A stretch of DNA of 64,000 nt from the human T2T-CHM13v2.0 reference genome, Homo sapiens. The position numbers and the translations under genes were made by a program. Within the stretch, counting starts at the first letter, position 1. Each line of letters opens with the position of its first letter. Shown here one piece after another: positions 41,968 through 54,654 of the stretch. A model generated the notes under the pieces. It searched no databases. It was not told where the DNA came from and was given only the letters and a program-made list of their open reading frames with translations. The stretch lies in assembly GCF_009914755.1 (NCBI RefSeq), contig NC_060935.1. One strand, 5' to 3'.

Positions 41968-42449
41968 TACTCAAAACTTGCTAAGAGAGTAGATCTTTAG
42001 TGTTCTCACCACCAAAAAGAGGGAGAGGGTACAGTAGCTATGTGAGGTGATGAATATAATCTTAGCTTGATTGTGTTATTTCACATGTATATGCATATCA
42101 AAACATCATGTTGCATACCTTAAATATACATAAATTGTATTTGTCAATTCTTTCTCAAAAAAGCTGGAAAAAGAAAGAAGCATCTGCTATAGTCTGTTTG
42201 GAGGAATACAGCCTGGCAAAAATGTCCCAGATCCAATTCTTGTTGATTGTTTAACTGCTCATCCTGGTAGTATTGTTCTGTATCAGCTTACCTTCCTGTA
42301 AAGAGTTTGTAAGGTACTGTTATCAAAACTATGCCTTCATCTTTTTATATGTTTTGGTTTTTAGCTTTGTTGAAAAGAATAAAATATTTTAATTATTAAT
42401 TTAATGTATGTGTATAAGGTACAGTGTATTTAATAGGACCATCGGAATT

Positions 42450-42760
42450 AAAGTGGCCACACTCTAACAGGCTTTGCTAGTAAGGTTGTCATCTCTTTGA
42501 CAGTTTTGAAAATTAACACAGATTCAAGCAAGAAAATCTAAGGAATGGTTTATCTAGACATGAAGAACACATTTGATTCAGTACCACCCCAAACAGAATC
42601 TGCAAAGCCAGCAACTCTATTTGGCCATAAACCACTTCAGTGAATAACACACTCTAATGAAGGATGAAGATGAATCGTCTTGGTTAATGGAAATGCTTCA
42701 GCATGGAGAGAGAGAATAAGTACCCCTACAAATGACTGTTAGGTTTTCCTTTTTTTCTCA
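42450..42760 (+). mobile_element. Ancient CR1/L3-clade LINE reverse-transcriptase fossil
   Basis: One frame from 42545 reads MVYLDMKNTFDSVPP...LQ*I...G*R*IVLVNGNASAWRE, collinear with CR1 RT VYLDFSKAFDxVPH...WI...RxQRVxxNGxxSxW. Confidence 0.75.
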
Positions 42761-43011
42761 CTTTAAGGGACTGGAGAAAATAAATATTTAAGGAAAGAAA
42801 AATGGGGCACTATAAAATCAAATGGGGAGGCTAGCAGAGCTTTACTGAGAAAAAGTATAGGATTCTAAAATCAAATCTGAGACAAAGAAATTCACACACT
42901 AGAGAACAGGGGTCCTGTGTTTCTACATCTTTGTAGCTCTTTTCGCCGCTAGGATAAACTTATAGAGGCATTCGGCAAACCATGGCTACTGGAGTTAGAA
43001 GAATCATCTGG

Positions 43012-43312
43012 TTCCCTATTTGTAAACTTCAGTCATCCCACAGCAATTTTTATCATAGCTGCATAAAATCTGTACTCTGATTTATTTAATATTTTCTTAA
43101 AATTGACTCTAATTCTTTTACTTAAAAAATTACATCCAATAGAAAACTTACATTGTGTCGAATATGACATATAACATTGTTATATGCTAGTTATTTTGCC
43201 CTAAGACACCTTAAAACAAACAGCAAACATTTAAAAACTATTCATTCATAGTCACCTAAAATTATCTTGTATACCACAAGTGGTACTTGTAATAGACTTT
43301 GGAAAACATTGG
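43012..43312. mobile_element. Old non-autonomous hAT-type DNA transposon
   Basis: ...TAAACTTCAGTCAT... start and ...GTATACCACAAGTGGTAC...TTTGGAAAACATTG end; family not assigned. Confidence 0.5.
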
Positions 43313-43559
43313 TCTAGCTAAACTCTCTGTAAATGAATATTATTTGAACCCAAATTTTATTTGCATCCCTGGATTCCCTTGGAGCCACCTGTCCCTAGGC
43401 TCTCAGCTGCTCTGTCTACCTCAGCCATCACTCCTTGTGCCCACAGGGTTCCTCCACCTGGGACCAACAAGCCACTTTCCCTGGATTTCCTAGCTCCTTC
43501 CCATTCTGGCCACCTCAAAACAACATGGCTGACTTATCTTACACAGAGACTTCCTAGTT

Positions 43560-43985
43560 CCTCCCACCATTTTCAGACTTAGATAAAACACCACATGCAG
43601 AGCAGAGGATCTTATATAGGGCAGCCTTTGAAGGTGCTAGATGATAAAACTCAGAATTGCAGGAAGTGAACAATCCATGGAGCAAATACTGATCTATAAT
43701 TTCTCTACTTTTTGCTCCCACAAACTAATCCTGGCACAGTTTCTCCTTACAGCCCATTCTGCAAAGTTTCTTGTGCAAAAAGAACTCATGTGATAAATGC
43801 CCTACTGTGTCTCTTTGTGGTCTGTTATGAAGTATTACATAATTTAACATTGTCTCACAGTCTTCCTTGCTTCACTTGCCTATTTCCTTACTCTTTCTGC
43901 CCTAGGTTTGGCATCTCCCACAAAAAGCATTAGCACATTAACCCTTGCCTTGGGGGCTATTCTCTAGAAAAATTCAGATTAAGAA
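43560..43985 (+). mobile_element. Old ERVL LTR (LTR33-like)
   Basis: 3' end AAAGCATTAGCACATTAACCCTTGCCTTG...CTAGAAAAATTCAGATTAAGA; 5' boundary uncertain. Confidence 0.45.
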
Positions 43986-45900
43986 AAATGCCCTTTACAA
44001 CCCTCCCTAACAAGTCACTCAGCCTCTGCTTGAAGAACTCTAGTGACATACAACTTAATGACAGACACATAATCCTCTCCAGGTTGACACACGTAACATT
44101 AATAGAATATTCTTAGAGTGGACTATAACCTACCACAATCTTAGTAAGTTTTCCTTTTAACATAATTTTTAAATAAAAAAATTAAAGCAAATTTTGAGAA
44201 AATATTAAATAAATCAGAGTACAGATAGTATGCAGATATGACAAAAATTGCTGTAGAATGAATGAAGTTTAGAAATAGGGAACCAGACTATTCTTCTAAC
44301 TCCAGTGTCTATAGTTCCCTGAATGCCTTTACAACTTTATCTTAGTGGTAAAAAGAGCTGATCAAGCCTTTCCTCTGAGTTCCGTGCAGATGGGGACTGC
44401 CAGGGAGATTTAGAAGGATTTGCTATGGTAAAGGCCCTCGCATAGCATGCTCAAAAGGTACAATACCTTCATTATGAAATCACTGAAGAGTAATAGCTGA
44501 CTAGTACCAACCTGTGACGGCTTGCCCCAGGGTGCCTAGGAAACGAGAAAAACGAATAGAAAGTTTTGTCTAAAATTAACTTTATTTGTACAGCTGTCCT
44601 TTATTCTGAGATGATGGCCTTTCTACCCTTTGGCATTTAACATGCCCTTTCTTCTATTAAATAATAATAATAATAAATAAAAACACTTTTTAACTGTCCT
44701 TTCTTGACTATATAAAAAATAACAATCCTACAATGATTCCCATACTTTTTCTAACTCACAGTTCCGTGAAATCTAAATTCCAGAAACAGTTGTTCATTAT
44801 GGAACATAATAAAGGTCATACATATGTCTTATTCATTGAATAAACAAATAAATTAATAAAATTAAAGTAAAACTGACATAAAAGTTGAGAAATCAAGTAA
44901 ACTCTACAGGGTCTCTTTTCCTTCAAATTAACATTCATGACTAAGAGATAAGGCTCTGGGTTCCAGTCTATTCCAGAAAGTGTGGGTTGACATTTTCCCA
45001 TCTCGTTCCTTAGATACTTCTGAGGGTGAAAAATGTTTTATCAGACACCCAGATTTACGAGTAAACTCTAGCCCTTCATTGTTACTTATCCCGGCATCTC
45101 AGTTTTTCTTTTAGGTTCATTTAACACTTCCTATAGTGTGTGAGAGAACTGTCATATCAGATTGTCAATAGTAAATTCACTACCAACCTGGTAATCACTT
45201 TCATTACCCACAAAAACTGCTATTGAAATCCTTCAAGAAATGATTGATATGCTGCATCCTGTGTTGACATATCACACTAATGATGGAGAGAAAGAGTGAA
45301 GAAAAAGTTTTAATGATGCATTCATTCTAGAAGATGACAATATGGCTGCAGGGCAGTGGGAAGTGATTATTGGCAATGCCTCCTTTACTTCAGATTGAGG
45401 GCACACAAGCAGGACAGGACTTCTCCAAAACAAGTTCACCTGTTGCCAGACACCCAGACAATTTCTGAGGTGATGAACATAGTGACCTGATCTAAAAGTA
45501 CAATTACAGGAAGCCCAAATCCCAAGGCAACATAGTGAATGTCCAAAGGGACAGGCTAACTGCACCCATCTGATAACAACAGCATCCATGATAAATAATA
45601 ATGTTTATTGAGCACTCATGTGCTAGGCCCTGTGGTAAGTGCTTTACAGGCATGTCGCTTAATCCCATTGTATATTGTCTATCTCTCATATGGCAGTGTA
45701 AGGTCCAAGAGGGAAAAGACCTAGCCTACCTCGCTCAGCAGTGTATCCTAGGTTCCTACAAAAGCACCTGGATATAGGAGGTGCTCAATAAATATTTGTG
45801 GATGAATGAACTAATCAATCAATGATCACCTCCTACTTGAGCTTGATACACAAGGCCTTCAGATGAAACTCCAGAATTCTGCAGAGAAATTTTTTAAACT

Positions 45901-46035
45901 AGCCAGATGCAGTGGCTCACACCTATAATCCCAGCACTTTGGCCGAAGTGAGAGGATCATTTGAGGCCAGGAGTTTGAGACCAACCTGCACAACATAGCG
46001 AGGCCTCATCTCTACAAAAATAAAAATAAATAGAA
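45901..46035 (+). mobile_element. Alu left monomer (FLAM_C/AluJ-like)
   Basis: Single monomer ending CTCTACAAAAATAAAAATAAA. Confidence 0.88.
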
Positions 46036-48119
46036 AACCACCAACTGAGCTGAAAACACTAGTAGGGTATAAATTAAATTTTTTAAAAGTCTGTAAAAAT
46101 GTTAAGAGTATTCCATCAGCTATAAGATATAAATCAATAGTACATTTACACTTAAAACTAATTGGAAAATGTTTTATTGTTGTTTATCATATGCTCATTT
46201 ATGGGTATAAGGAGGGTTTTCACACAAAGGTAATGAAGAATCCAATGAGAAACCAGGGTCACCTGACAAGAATAGACTGCAGAACTGCCCTTTGGCATGC
46301 GAACTTTCCTGCTGTTGGTTGAAGAAGCAGCCCACATGCTTCCAGTCCTTTCAGATAAGATGCTCAATACCTGTGGGAGCCAATCAGCCTGGCTGTCTTC
46401 TAGGCCTCCCCTATAATGAGTTCCACCAAAGCCACAAGCTTACAGACATTCTGGAAGTAGGCAGATGCCTTCACCAATGTCTTTAGGAGTATCACAGACA
46501 AAATAAAACTTTCAGAAATTATTTTGTTGATAAAGAACTTACATTTGAAGGAAAAGTAGAGAAAGAGATGACAGAAGCAAAACAAAAGAATTTACCCCAT
46601 ATTTTGAAGAGTTTGTGCAAAATTGGTATTATCATTTACAGAAAGTCACACTATGAGAGGGCAATAATGACACTAAAGAACGTGTAATAGGATCCCCAAA
46701 GCCCTTCTTGTGGTGTATATAACTGTGACCCTACAACTTCAGCAATCCTAGGAGCCCTCATCACTGCTGAATAGAGAAAATGCCGCCTGCTTCCCTGTGT
46801 CTTCCTGATGGAACATGACCACCCCAGAGCAGAGAGCATCACTCAGAAGAAAGACCTATGGAAAATGCAAATATTATTTTTATCATGAATTATTCACTTA
46901 TAAAGGTTCCAGTCAGAGACTGATACAAAAACAAAAAAAAAGTACCATTATTTCCAAAGTCTCTGAAGAGGCTAAAATACAAAACATTTTACATAGGTCT
47001 GGTGGATTATTTAGAGAAACATAAAAACATTTGTCAGATGAGAAAAACTTTCTTGTAATACTCTTGGTCTTTTCTAAAGAATCTTCCTAATATCCTTATT
47101 TTCTTCTCATTTTTCTTAATTTCTGCCTAATTTTGGCTTTAGTCTTTTCTCCATTTATTCTTACACTTCTTGCAACTCTCTTTTCCCCAAAACCCAAAAG
47201 GAAGCATATGGGGAATATAATTTTTTTAAACCTCAAAAACACACATAGTAAATTAAAAGCCTAGTTTACAAATACAGATGGGGAGGAAATATAACTTTTT
47301 CCTTTTTTATAAAGTGATCCAACTCATATTTCTATCTCCCATTCCCCTTTCACAGAGCTAGTGGTCAACTTAACCTTATTCATTTTCAGGGTTTCCCTTT
47401 CAATGTCATCTCAAGGTTCCCAAAGCCTTACGTATTGTCAAAATGGAGTGACGGACACTCTCTGGTGATTGGGACATCAATGTATCTGAGTTTCCCCTAG
47501 AATATTTGCATTCCTGTCCATGTGATCTCATTAGATCCTGTAGATCTCTGTTACTTCTGGACCACACTTGGATATAGACATCCTGTCTCAAAACTGCTCT
47601 TAGTCCCATCTGCCAGAAGGCATTCTGTAATCATTTCTCTCTCTGGTCATGCAGAGAACCCAAAAGTGGATGCTCCTTCTCAGTCAAGCTAACATATGAC
47701 TGCAGCCCTGGATGACATCTTGACTACAATTTCATGAAGGACCTAGAGCCAGAACACTCAGCTAAGTGCTGTCTTAGCTCTTCCTTTCAGTTGAAGGGGA
47801 ATCTCTTTTTAATCCAGGGGGAAAATCTTCAATTTTTTTTAATATCCAGCCATTTTTCACATGCATTTGACTGCTTTTTACCAGCTCTGCAGACTTTACC
47901 AAATTCTCCTAACCCTTAGTCCTTTGAAAAAAAAAAAAATGACCAAAAAGTATATTGGCTCCTTCTACTCACTCTTTACCCCATGCCTCCCTGAGGCAAC
48001 TAAGATACAAGGAAACCTGCTTCACAGGAAACAAGGGAAAGGAAAATCCATACAGGGATAAAAACATATCACATATTGACCCAATCTGACTTAATATAGG
48101 TACATGTAACTGAGTTCTG

Positions 48120-48815
48120 TTGATTCTTATCGTCTCCGTTCTCTTCACTCCTCTTCATTCCACTGCCACTGTATTAGTTCAGGACTATCATTTCTTACTA
48201 CAAAAACCACTGAGCCCAGCCTCCTTCCCCACTACTATCAGAGTGGGTTTCCTAACAACAACAAAAAATCAAATGATACCATGTCACTGGACTGGCTGAA
48301 ATGGTTTGGAACATCTTGGCTGCTTTCAGGAATTAATTCAAACTCCCTAGCATGGCACATGAGACTCTGGGAATTGGACCTTGCCTTCTCCAGCCTCATC
48401 TCTTACTATTCCTCAGCATATACTCTACCCCAAAGCCATAACCAGACAAGAATATGATGCAGTATTCCAAGTCTTCCTGCCTTAATTTATGCCGTTCCCT
48501 CTATCTGGAACTCCTTTCCTTCCAATCTTCTTATATTGAACTGACTTGCTCTTTTAGACTTTCCTCTGGGATCACTTTTCCAAGAAATTCTTCTTTACTT
48601 CCTCTCATCTGTGATTGGGAATCTCTTTTCTGAGTATCTATAGCACTCCACACAACCCTCACTGTTAAAATTATTGGTTTGCTAATCTCTCTTCCCCAAA
48701 AGTCTGTCAGCACCTTGATATCAGGAATTCTCTTTCATCTCTGCATCCTCAGGACCTAGTACAGTAATCTACAAATCGCAAATGTTCAGCAAACAATTCT
48801 TGAGTTAATGCATAA
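48120..48815 (+). mobile_element. LINE-2 3' region
   Basis: Pyrimidine-rich L2 body (CAAACTCCCTAGCATGGCAC, TCCAGCCTCATCTC) ending CCTAGTACAGT... Confidence 0.7.
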
Positions 48816-49869
48816 TCATATAATTTATGCTACCTAAGATGAAGTCAATTTCTATATTCCATACCTAGCACATGGGATATTTGTGTCAAGCAAATTCAAA
48901 TCAAGGTAATAAGTTTTGCTGATCAATTCTAAACTCACTGACTAGGTTAACATTTTGATTTTTTTCCCCTGAGAACACTACTCTCGTATCAGCCTAAATA
49001 TCTGGAGGCTGTGATTTATCTTTGATGTCAGTAACAAGGTTCTATATTTTGGCATTCATAGAAAAACAAAACAGTAAATGAAGCACATATTGGCATAACT
49101 CATATGTTACACTATACCTTACTACAATCTTATACCCTTGGGTAAGCTGATTGAAAATTAAATGGGAATAGACATTTAAATTACACCAAAGGGATGTCAA
49201 TGGATTGCAGACTTACTTTTGTATCAATCTATTCTTGATTGCACAGTATTTTGTTAGTGGTCACTATATAACACTTTTCAACAGGCCATTGCATACTGTG
49301 TATTTTACTAGATGCAATACTCTGTGTTTACGCAATTACAGAATAACCAATATTTGGCTACTTATTTCAGGTAGCATATTAAGCTTAAACAAAGAAATTT
49401 AAATTAAGATCTTGACATTATCTAAATGAATACAGTGTTTAATTTTGTAAAAATTAATTTGACCTATTTTTATACTTTCTTATTCTTTTGTTCATTTAGG
49501 CCCTTAAATTCATTATCATTGGATTAGCTGTCAGATACTCCTAATTAAAGTAATCTCTAAGTATAGTACAGGTAGAATTTTTCAACTCATGGTATAATAA
49601 AAAGGATATGGCTTGTATCGTACACATCACAGTCCCCTTTTAAGTGTACACAGCAAATATTCAGCATTGGGGGTCAGAAAGCATCTGCCATTAGACAGAA
49701 GATGACACCTGTGTATAATTATCTAGCACGATTAATGAAGAAGGAGATCAAAGTTTCATGCAATTTTAATTTTCTGCTCTAGACTTGATGTGCAAAGGAT
49801 TTGTACTGGGTAATAAAGGAATACAGGTTCATTCTAATAAGCATGACAAATGAATTTTTTAAATGAGCC

Positions 49870-49895
49870 TGACTCATTAGCTAGGCGTATATAAA
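49870..49895 (+). promoter_or_regulatory. AP-1 site plus TATA-like element in unique DNA (candidate only)
   Basis: TGACTCA at 49870-49876 and TATATAAA at 49888-49895; motif match only. Confidence 0.25.
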
Positions 49896-50689
49896 CCTGT
49901 GTGACCCTTAGTGCTCTAGCAGAATTTGGGGATAATTTTAATGCCTAATTACCGGTTGTGTGATGATATTTCAACAAATTAGTTCCTGTATGAAATGCAA
50001 ACACACTTAGAAGTATTCATGCTGAGGTATGACAAAAACCAAAATGCTTATAAGGAAGGGATCTTGACCGCAAAAGCTAAATCATATTAACAGCAATTTT
50101 CCACAAGTCTACATTTTTAACATCTACTGTGGAACCTCTGAAGACATTTTGACAAGAATGACATTTTGGCAGAATTAACAAACCAGGAAAAGAATGTGTG
50201 CTCTACCCCGACATTAGTGTTATGGAAACAAAAACACACACAACACTGGATGCTGTGTTCAACTACAACGTGCATTTCCTAGATGTTGCTGATTCAACTT
50301 GATCTCAACATCCATATTATAACAAGCTAGTCTGGTGCCTCCAGAGTGCAGTGTGAACGTTCAGTGCCTTAAATTAAGATAAAGTACTTTTTTTCTTTTA
50401 AATAAGAGCTAAAGCTTAACATAGCATGAACGGAACAAAAAAGAAAAACAAATAAAACATTTAGTTTTAAATAATAGAATATGGAGTTTGGAGTAAATAG
50501 AACACATCTTCTGGAATTTTTTATGAGACTGGCTACTTGAAACTTTTTAAAAATAAGTTTCTTATTTCTTCTCAGGAAGCTCATTTTTTTTTAAAGTTTT
50601 GAAGTACACTCATAATGGAACCAGGGATTCAGTGATCAATAAGATTTTCAACATCCTCCATATCACACTTGACTAAAGGCATTGTTTTT

Positions 50690-51420
50690 TGGTTTTATTT
50701 TCCAGCAAACATGAGTTGGGCACTTATACTGTGCTAAGTGCTAAAGGGATACAGAATGAACACCAGATCTCATCTTCAGGAAGTTCAAAAACTGGTCAGG
50801 GAAGTAGAAGTGCAAGCAAGTATAATGCAAAGAAGTCATGCATGAGTGCTATAGGGAAGGAACCAGCTAAGTGCTGTGGGAATCCAGGAGCACAAAGGAA
50901 TTAGCAATTAAATTTCCAAGGTTGGCAGAAAGAAGGCTTTTGGAAGAATGTGCATTCATTTGCTCATTCATTAAACATTTATTGAGCATAAATAATGAGC
51001 CAGGCCTATATTAGGCACTGACTATATACAGAGATGTATAAAATATAGCTCTTGCCCTTCAAGATCTCACAGTCGTTCCTTGCATTCTCTCAGTGAATAT
51101 TTTGCTTGGCCTTAGAGAATATAATGACCAATCAGAAGTACAGACTTCATGGAGTTTATAATCTGGAAGGCTCCATTGACAGGTAAAAGGACAGTCATGA
51201 TACTGTGAGATAATCAACCAACATTTATATGTTTAAATAAATTAACCCACTTAATTCTCATAATGACCAGCTGAGAAAGGCACTATTTAAAGCTCCATTT
51301 TAGAAAGCGGAAAACAGTTACAGAAAGAGTATGTACCCGATCCAAAATTAAATATCCAAGAAAATGCAAAGCTAAAATTTGAACCCAGGAAATCTGGTGC
51401 CAGGACCTGTGCTCTAGCCA
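50690..51420 (-). mobile_element. Cluster of L2 and MIR fragments
   Basis: CATTCATTAAACATTTATTGAGCA (antisense L2 tail) and CCATTTTAGAAAGCGGAAAAC...TTTGAACCCAGG (antisense MIR core). Confidence 0.6.
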
Positions 51421-52059
51421 AAATGATATCCCCAATCCAAGTTCTGTGATGGGGTCTGTGGTGCTCAGACATGAGAACTAATCTAGAAGTGGAAGGGGTG
51501 CCAAATTAATTTAAGCACATAAATGCTGGCTAGCTATTATTATTATCTCACAGTATCATGATTATCCTTTTACCTGAAAGAATGACATCCACGTTGACAC
51601 TTGTTAATGACACAGAGAAAAATACTTTTTGAAAGGTAGGTATGGGGGGCTCATGCAGGATCCCTGCTGCATTTGAGCCAATATGACAAAAGGATGAGTA
51701 GAATCTGGACTTACGTAAAGAGAGAATGACATTGCAAGCTGAGGGGCACCCTAGGAAAGGCAGAGAAGCTGGTTTGACAATTTTCTCCTCCTTGTTGGTA
51801 AAGCTCTTATACTCGCTATCCAAATGGAAAATAACTGAAATTGATTGATGTGGAAACTCCTGAGAGGGCAGATCTTTCTAAAGGAAATTGAAAGATATGT
51901 CAATAGCATTTGACTTTTAAACACCTCAATTTGCTCATCAAGATTTCAGAATCACTCAGAGCCCAAAGACCATTGTTTGTAACATTTTTTAACTGCAGAA
52001 GGGTCTAGCCACAAAAAGTTTCCTTAAAAAAATTGTTTTTCAGATGTAGACATAAAAAA

Positions 52060-52340
52060 TAGTATCTAATATTTATTAAGCATTTATTCTATATTTGGCT
52101 TGGTGCTATACACTTGACATGAATTATTTTATGTAATATTTCACTTATAAAATAATTCATGTCAAGTATATAGCACTAAGCCAAATATGGAATAAATTTT
52201 ATATACATTTTCAAATTTTTTATGAATAAGGAAAATGAAACAGAAAGTTTCCGTCATTTGCCCAAAGCCACAGAATGAAAGAGCTGGAAAGGAGACTAAG
52301 TCAGATATCAAGCCCATGCTCTTAACTATTATGCTATATG
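52060..52340 (-). mobile_element. MIR containing an internal fold-back duplication
   Basis: ATTTATTAAGCATTT...GTGCTA...ACATGAATTATTTTATGTAATATTTCAC, then MIR core resumes near 52220 (AAGGAAAATGA...TTTGCCCAAAGCCACA...GCTCTTAACTA). Confidence 0.7.
52082..52197. repeat. Near-perfect inverted repeat/hairpin (51-bp arms, 14-nt loop)
   Basis: 48/51 Watson-Crick pairs; on + strand RNA two of the other three are G-U. Confidence 0.97.
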
Positions 52341-54244
52341 TAGCTGAGAGTCACAGAAAGCTTGTAACCAAATATTTATATTGCCCTGATGAATAGAAAC
52401 TGCCTTATTTATTCTTTTTTTGAAATATAGTTTAGTGTAGAAGGAAGAGAAGGAGGAGACCTTGATTTGAGCCCCATCTCTATAACTTTCCACTCTTGGG
52501 CAAGCATTTCTCCTCTTTAAGCCTCTGCATCTTACCTTTAAATTGAAAGGATTTGACTACATGGTGTTTGAAGTACCTTCTGGCTATAAAGATCTGTATT
52601 TTTTTTAAAAAAAAGGCACGCATACCATTAATTATTCCTACATTTAAAAAAAAAGAGAATTTTAAATACGGATGGGATAAGTTGAAAATTTAAAGAATTC
52701 AAATTTAGTAAGATTTTTAGGAAATGTTGGCTAAAATCATCTGAGGAATCAACACGACATTTTCAATATGCTGAATTATTTGCTGCACCTATGTGAGGCT
52801 GAACATCCACCATATTTTTCACTCATAACTCTGAGGGCTAGTGACACAGTTCATTTCCTCATTTCAAAAAGATTGATTTCAGCCCTGAGAAAAGATACGC
52901 ATGAGCTGGAAAAAATGAATGTTTATGGGAACCAGGAGCATCCGTTCTCATTCTATTAAAGCCTCAGCTTATGTTCCACTTAGGTCTTGCTTACTAAATT
53001 CAGGGTTGCTCAGTTTTTCATCTAAGATACCATGTGTTCATGAAAAGGAGCAAGCTGTTTCTTTTAATCTAAGAGCCAAATGTAAAGATTCCTCAAGTGT
53101 CAGTTTTAATTTTAGTGTGCATGATCTTAAATCTCATGGACTGTGTCCACTTAGAGTGTGCCTCTAAGAGCTCTTAGCCATTCAAGTCTACAGTCATAGG
53201 AATAACCACATAACAGAAGTGACTCCCTCTGAAGAGTGACTCTTTGGCTCAGAGATTACTCTAGGGGCCACTTCCCACTGTCCTCTGCAAACCCGCTTTC
53301 AGTATTCTGCAATGCCACTAATCAGCCTTCTGTGTTTCATTTGTATGCATGTCTCATTGAGCCCAAATTCCCTTTCAGTGGGCTCAAATGAAATGAAATC
53401 AGATCAAGCCCTTTCCTGAGATGCAGCTTCTGTTTACAGCTGCTTTTGTACCTTGAACTGCAAACAAGAACCATCACCTGCTCAACTCATGGCCCATATC
53501 AACCTTCAAGAAGGAAGTAGAAAAAAGGCAGATGAAAAACTGATTATCTTAAGAAAAAGAAATGTCTGCCAAGATATGTGGAACAAAATATATTAATCTT
53601 ACATTTATGGATCACTTTCCCAGACATGATCTTTTTTTTATTTTTTTAATTTTCAGAATTAGGCGAGTCCTCTTAGCCTAATTTTAAAATGAGAAAGCTG
53701 ATAACTAAGAGGTACGATAAGGTCTCATTGTTTTGTGGAGACCATTTAATTCCTGTGGCTGCAGACCAAGATCTCACGCACAGCTTTGAGCAAGCACAAC
53801 CAATGGGATTTAAGATCTTCTACCCAAAAATTCATACCAAAATTTGATACAATTTGTTTATTGGATTAAAGTCCACTTGATTTTAATTATTTAACAAATA
53901 TTTCTTGGCTACCTACTTTTCCTTTTTTCAAGGAGCACATATACCAAGTCTCTCTTTCTGTCTACTACACTATGCTTGGAAATTAATAAAAGCTCAGTGG
54001 TGAATAATAATTGCCCCTCCCTAGCCCCAAAGTTGACCTGCTACAAATTGGTATTAACACCATTGATAGAGACACTTTGAGGATATCTACCAGAACACAA
54101 TCCTAATAACCCTTCAAATATGATGACTACAATGCAAAGCATGCTCCCTGGCATTTTGCCAAATACAACCTGCAGAACCATAAAAGGAAAGCCTTGGCTC
54201 AGGAAAGGTTTCACAACTCTGAGGAAAGAATCTTGAAAGGAGGC

Positions 54245-54654
54245 TAACATGGTTTGGATCTATGTCCCCACCAAGTCTCCTGTTGAATTGTAATCCCAGT
54301 GTTATAGGTGGGGCCTGGTGAGAGGTGATTGGATCATGTGGGCGGAGTTCTTGTGAATGGGTTAGCACGATCCCCTGGGTGCTGTTGTTGTGAGAGTAAG
54401 ATATCATAAGATCCGGTTGTTTAAAAGTGTGTAGCACCTCTCTGCTCTCTCACCTTCTGTGAAGGTGGCTCTGGCCATGTGAAGATGCCTGCTCCTGCCT
54501 TGCCTTCCACCATGAGTAAAACTCCCTGAGGCCTCCCCAGAAGCAGATGCTGCCATGCTTCCTATATAGCCCGCAGAACCATGAGCCAATTAAGCCTCTT
54601 TTCTTTATAAATTACCCAGTCTCAGGTATTACTTTATAGCAGTATGAGGCTAAC
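54245..54654 (+). mobile_element. MaLR solo LTR, MSTA-like
   Basis: ATGGTTTGGATCTATGTCCCCACC...AAATTACCCAGTCTCAGGTATT...ATAGCAG. Confidence 0.92.

Larger units (their letters stand above)
30394..42174 (+). mobile_element. Old L1MA9-like element with both ends, internally deleted, hosting five later insertions
   Basis: 5'UTR (GATGTCAGAAAGATGG), ORF1 remnant ~30940-31860, collinear ORF2 pieces at 32050, 34629, 34994, 35343, 40570 and 41249, 3' end CTCAAAAAAGCTGGAAAAAG; degenerate TSD AAGAAGTTCTGGCT / AAGAAGCATCTGCT. Confidence 0.75.
42935..44359. repeat. Inverted duplication, arms 42935-43151 and 44144-44359
   Basis: Manual alignment gives about 180/217 identities, including a 30-bp perfect block. 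Confidence 0.92.

Noticed and set aside
46263-46370. 108-nt minus-strand exon-like segment (CCCACAG|...CAG|GTGACC)
   Set aside because: Weak donor, poor pyrimidine tract and unrecognised peptide
49240-49303. Possible hairpin TGCACAGTAT...ATACTGTGTA
   Set aside because: The stem is interrupted, wobble-dependent and has a large loop; not convincing as a structured RNA
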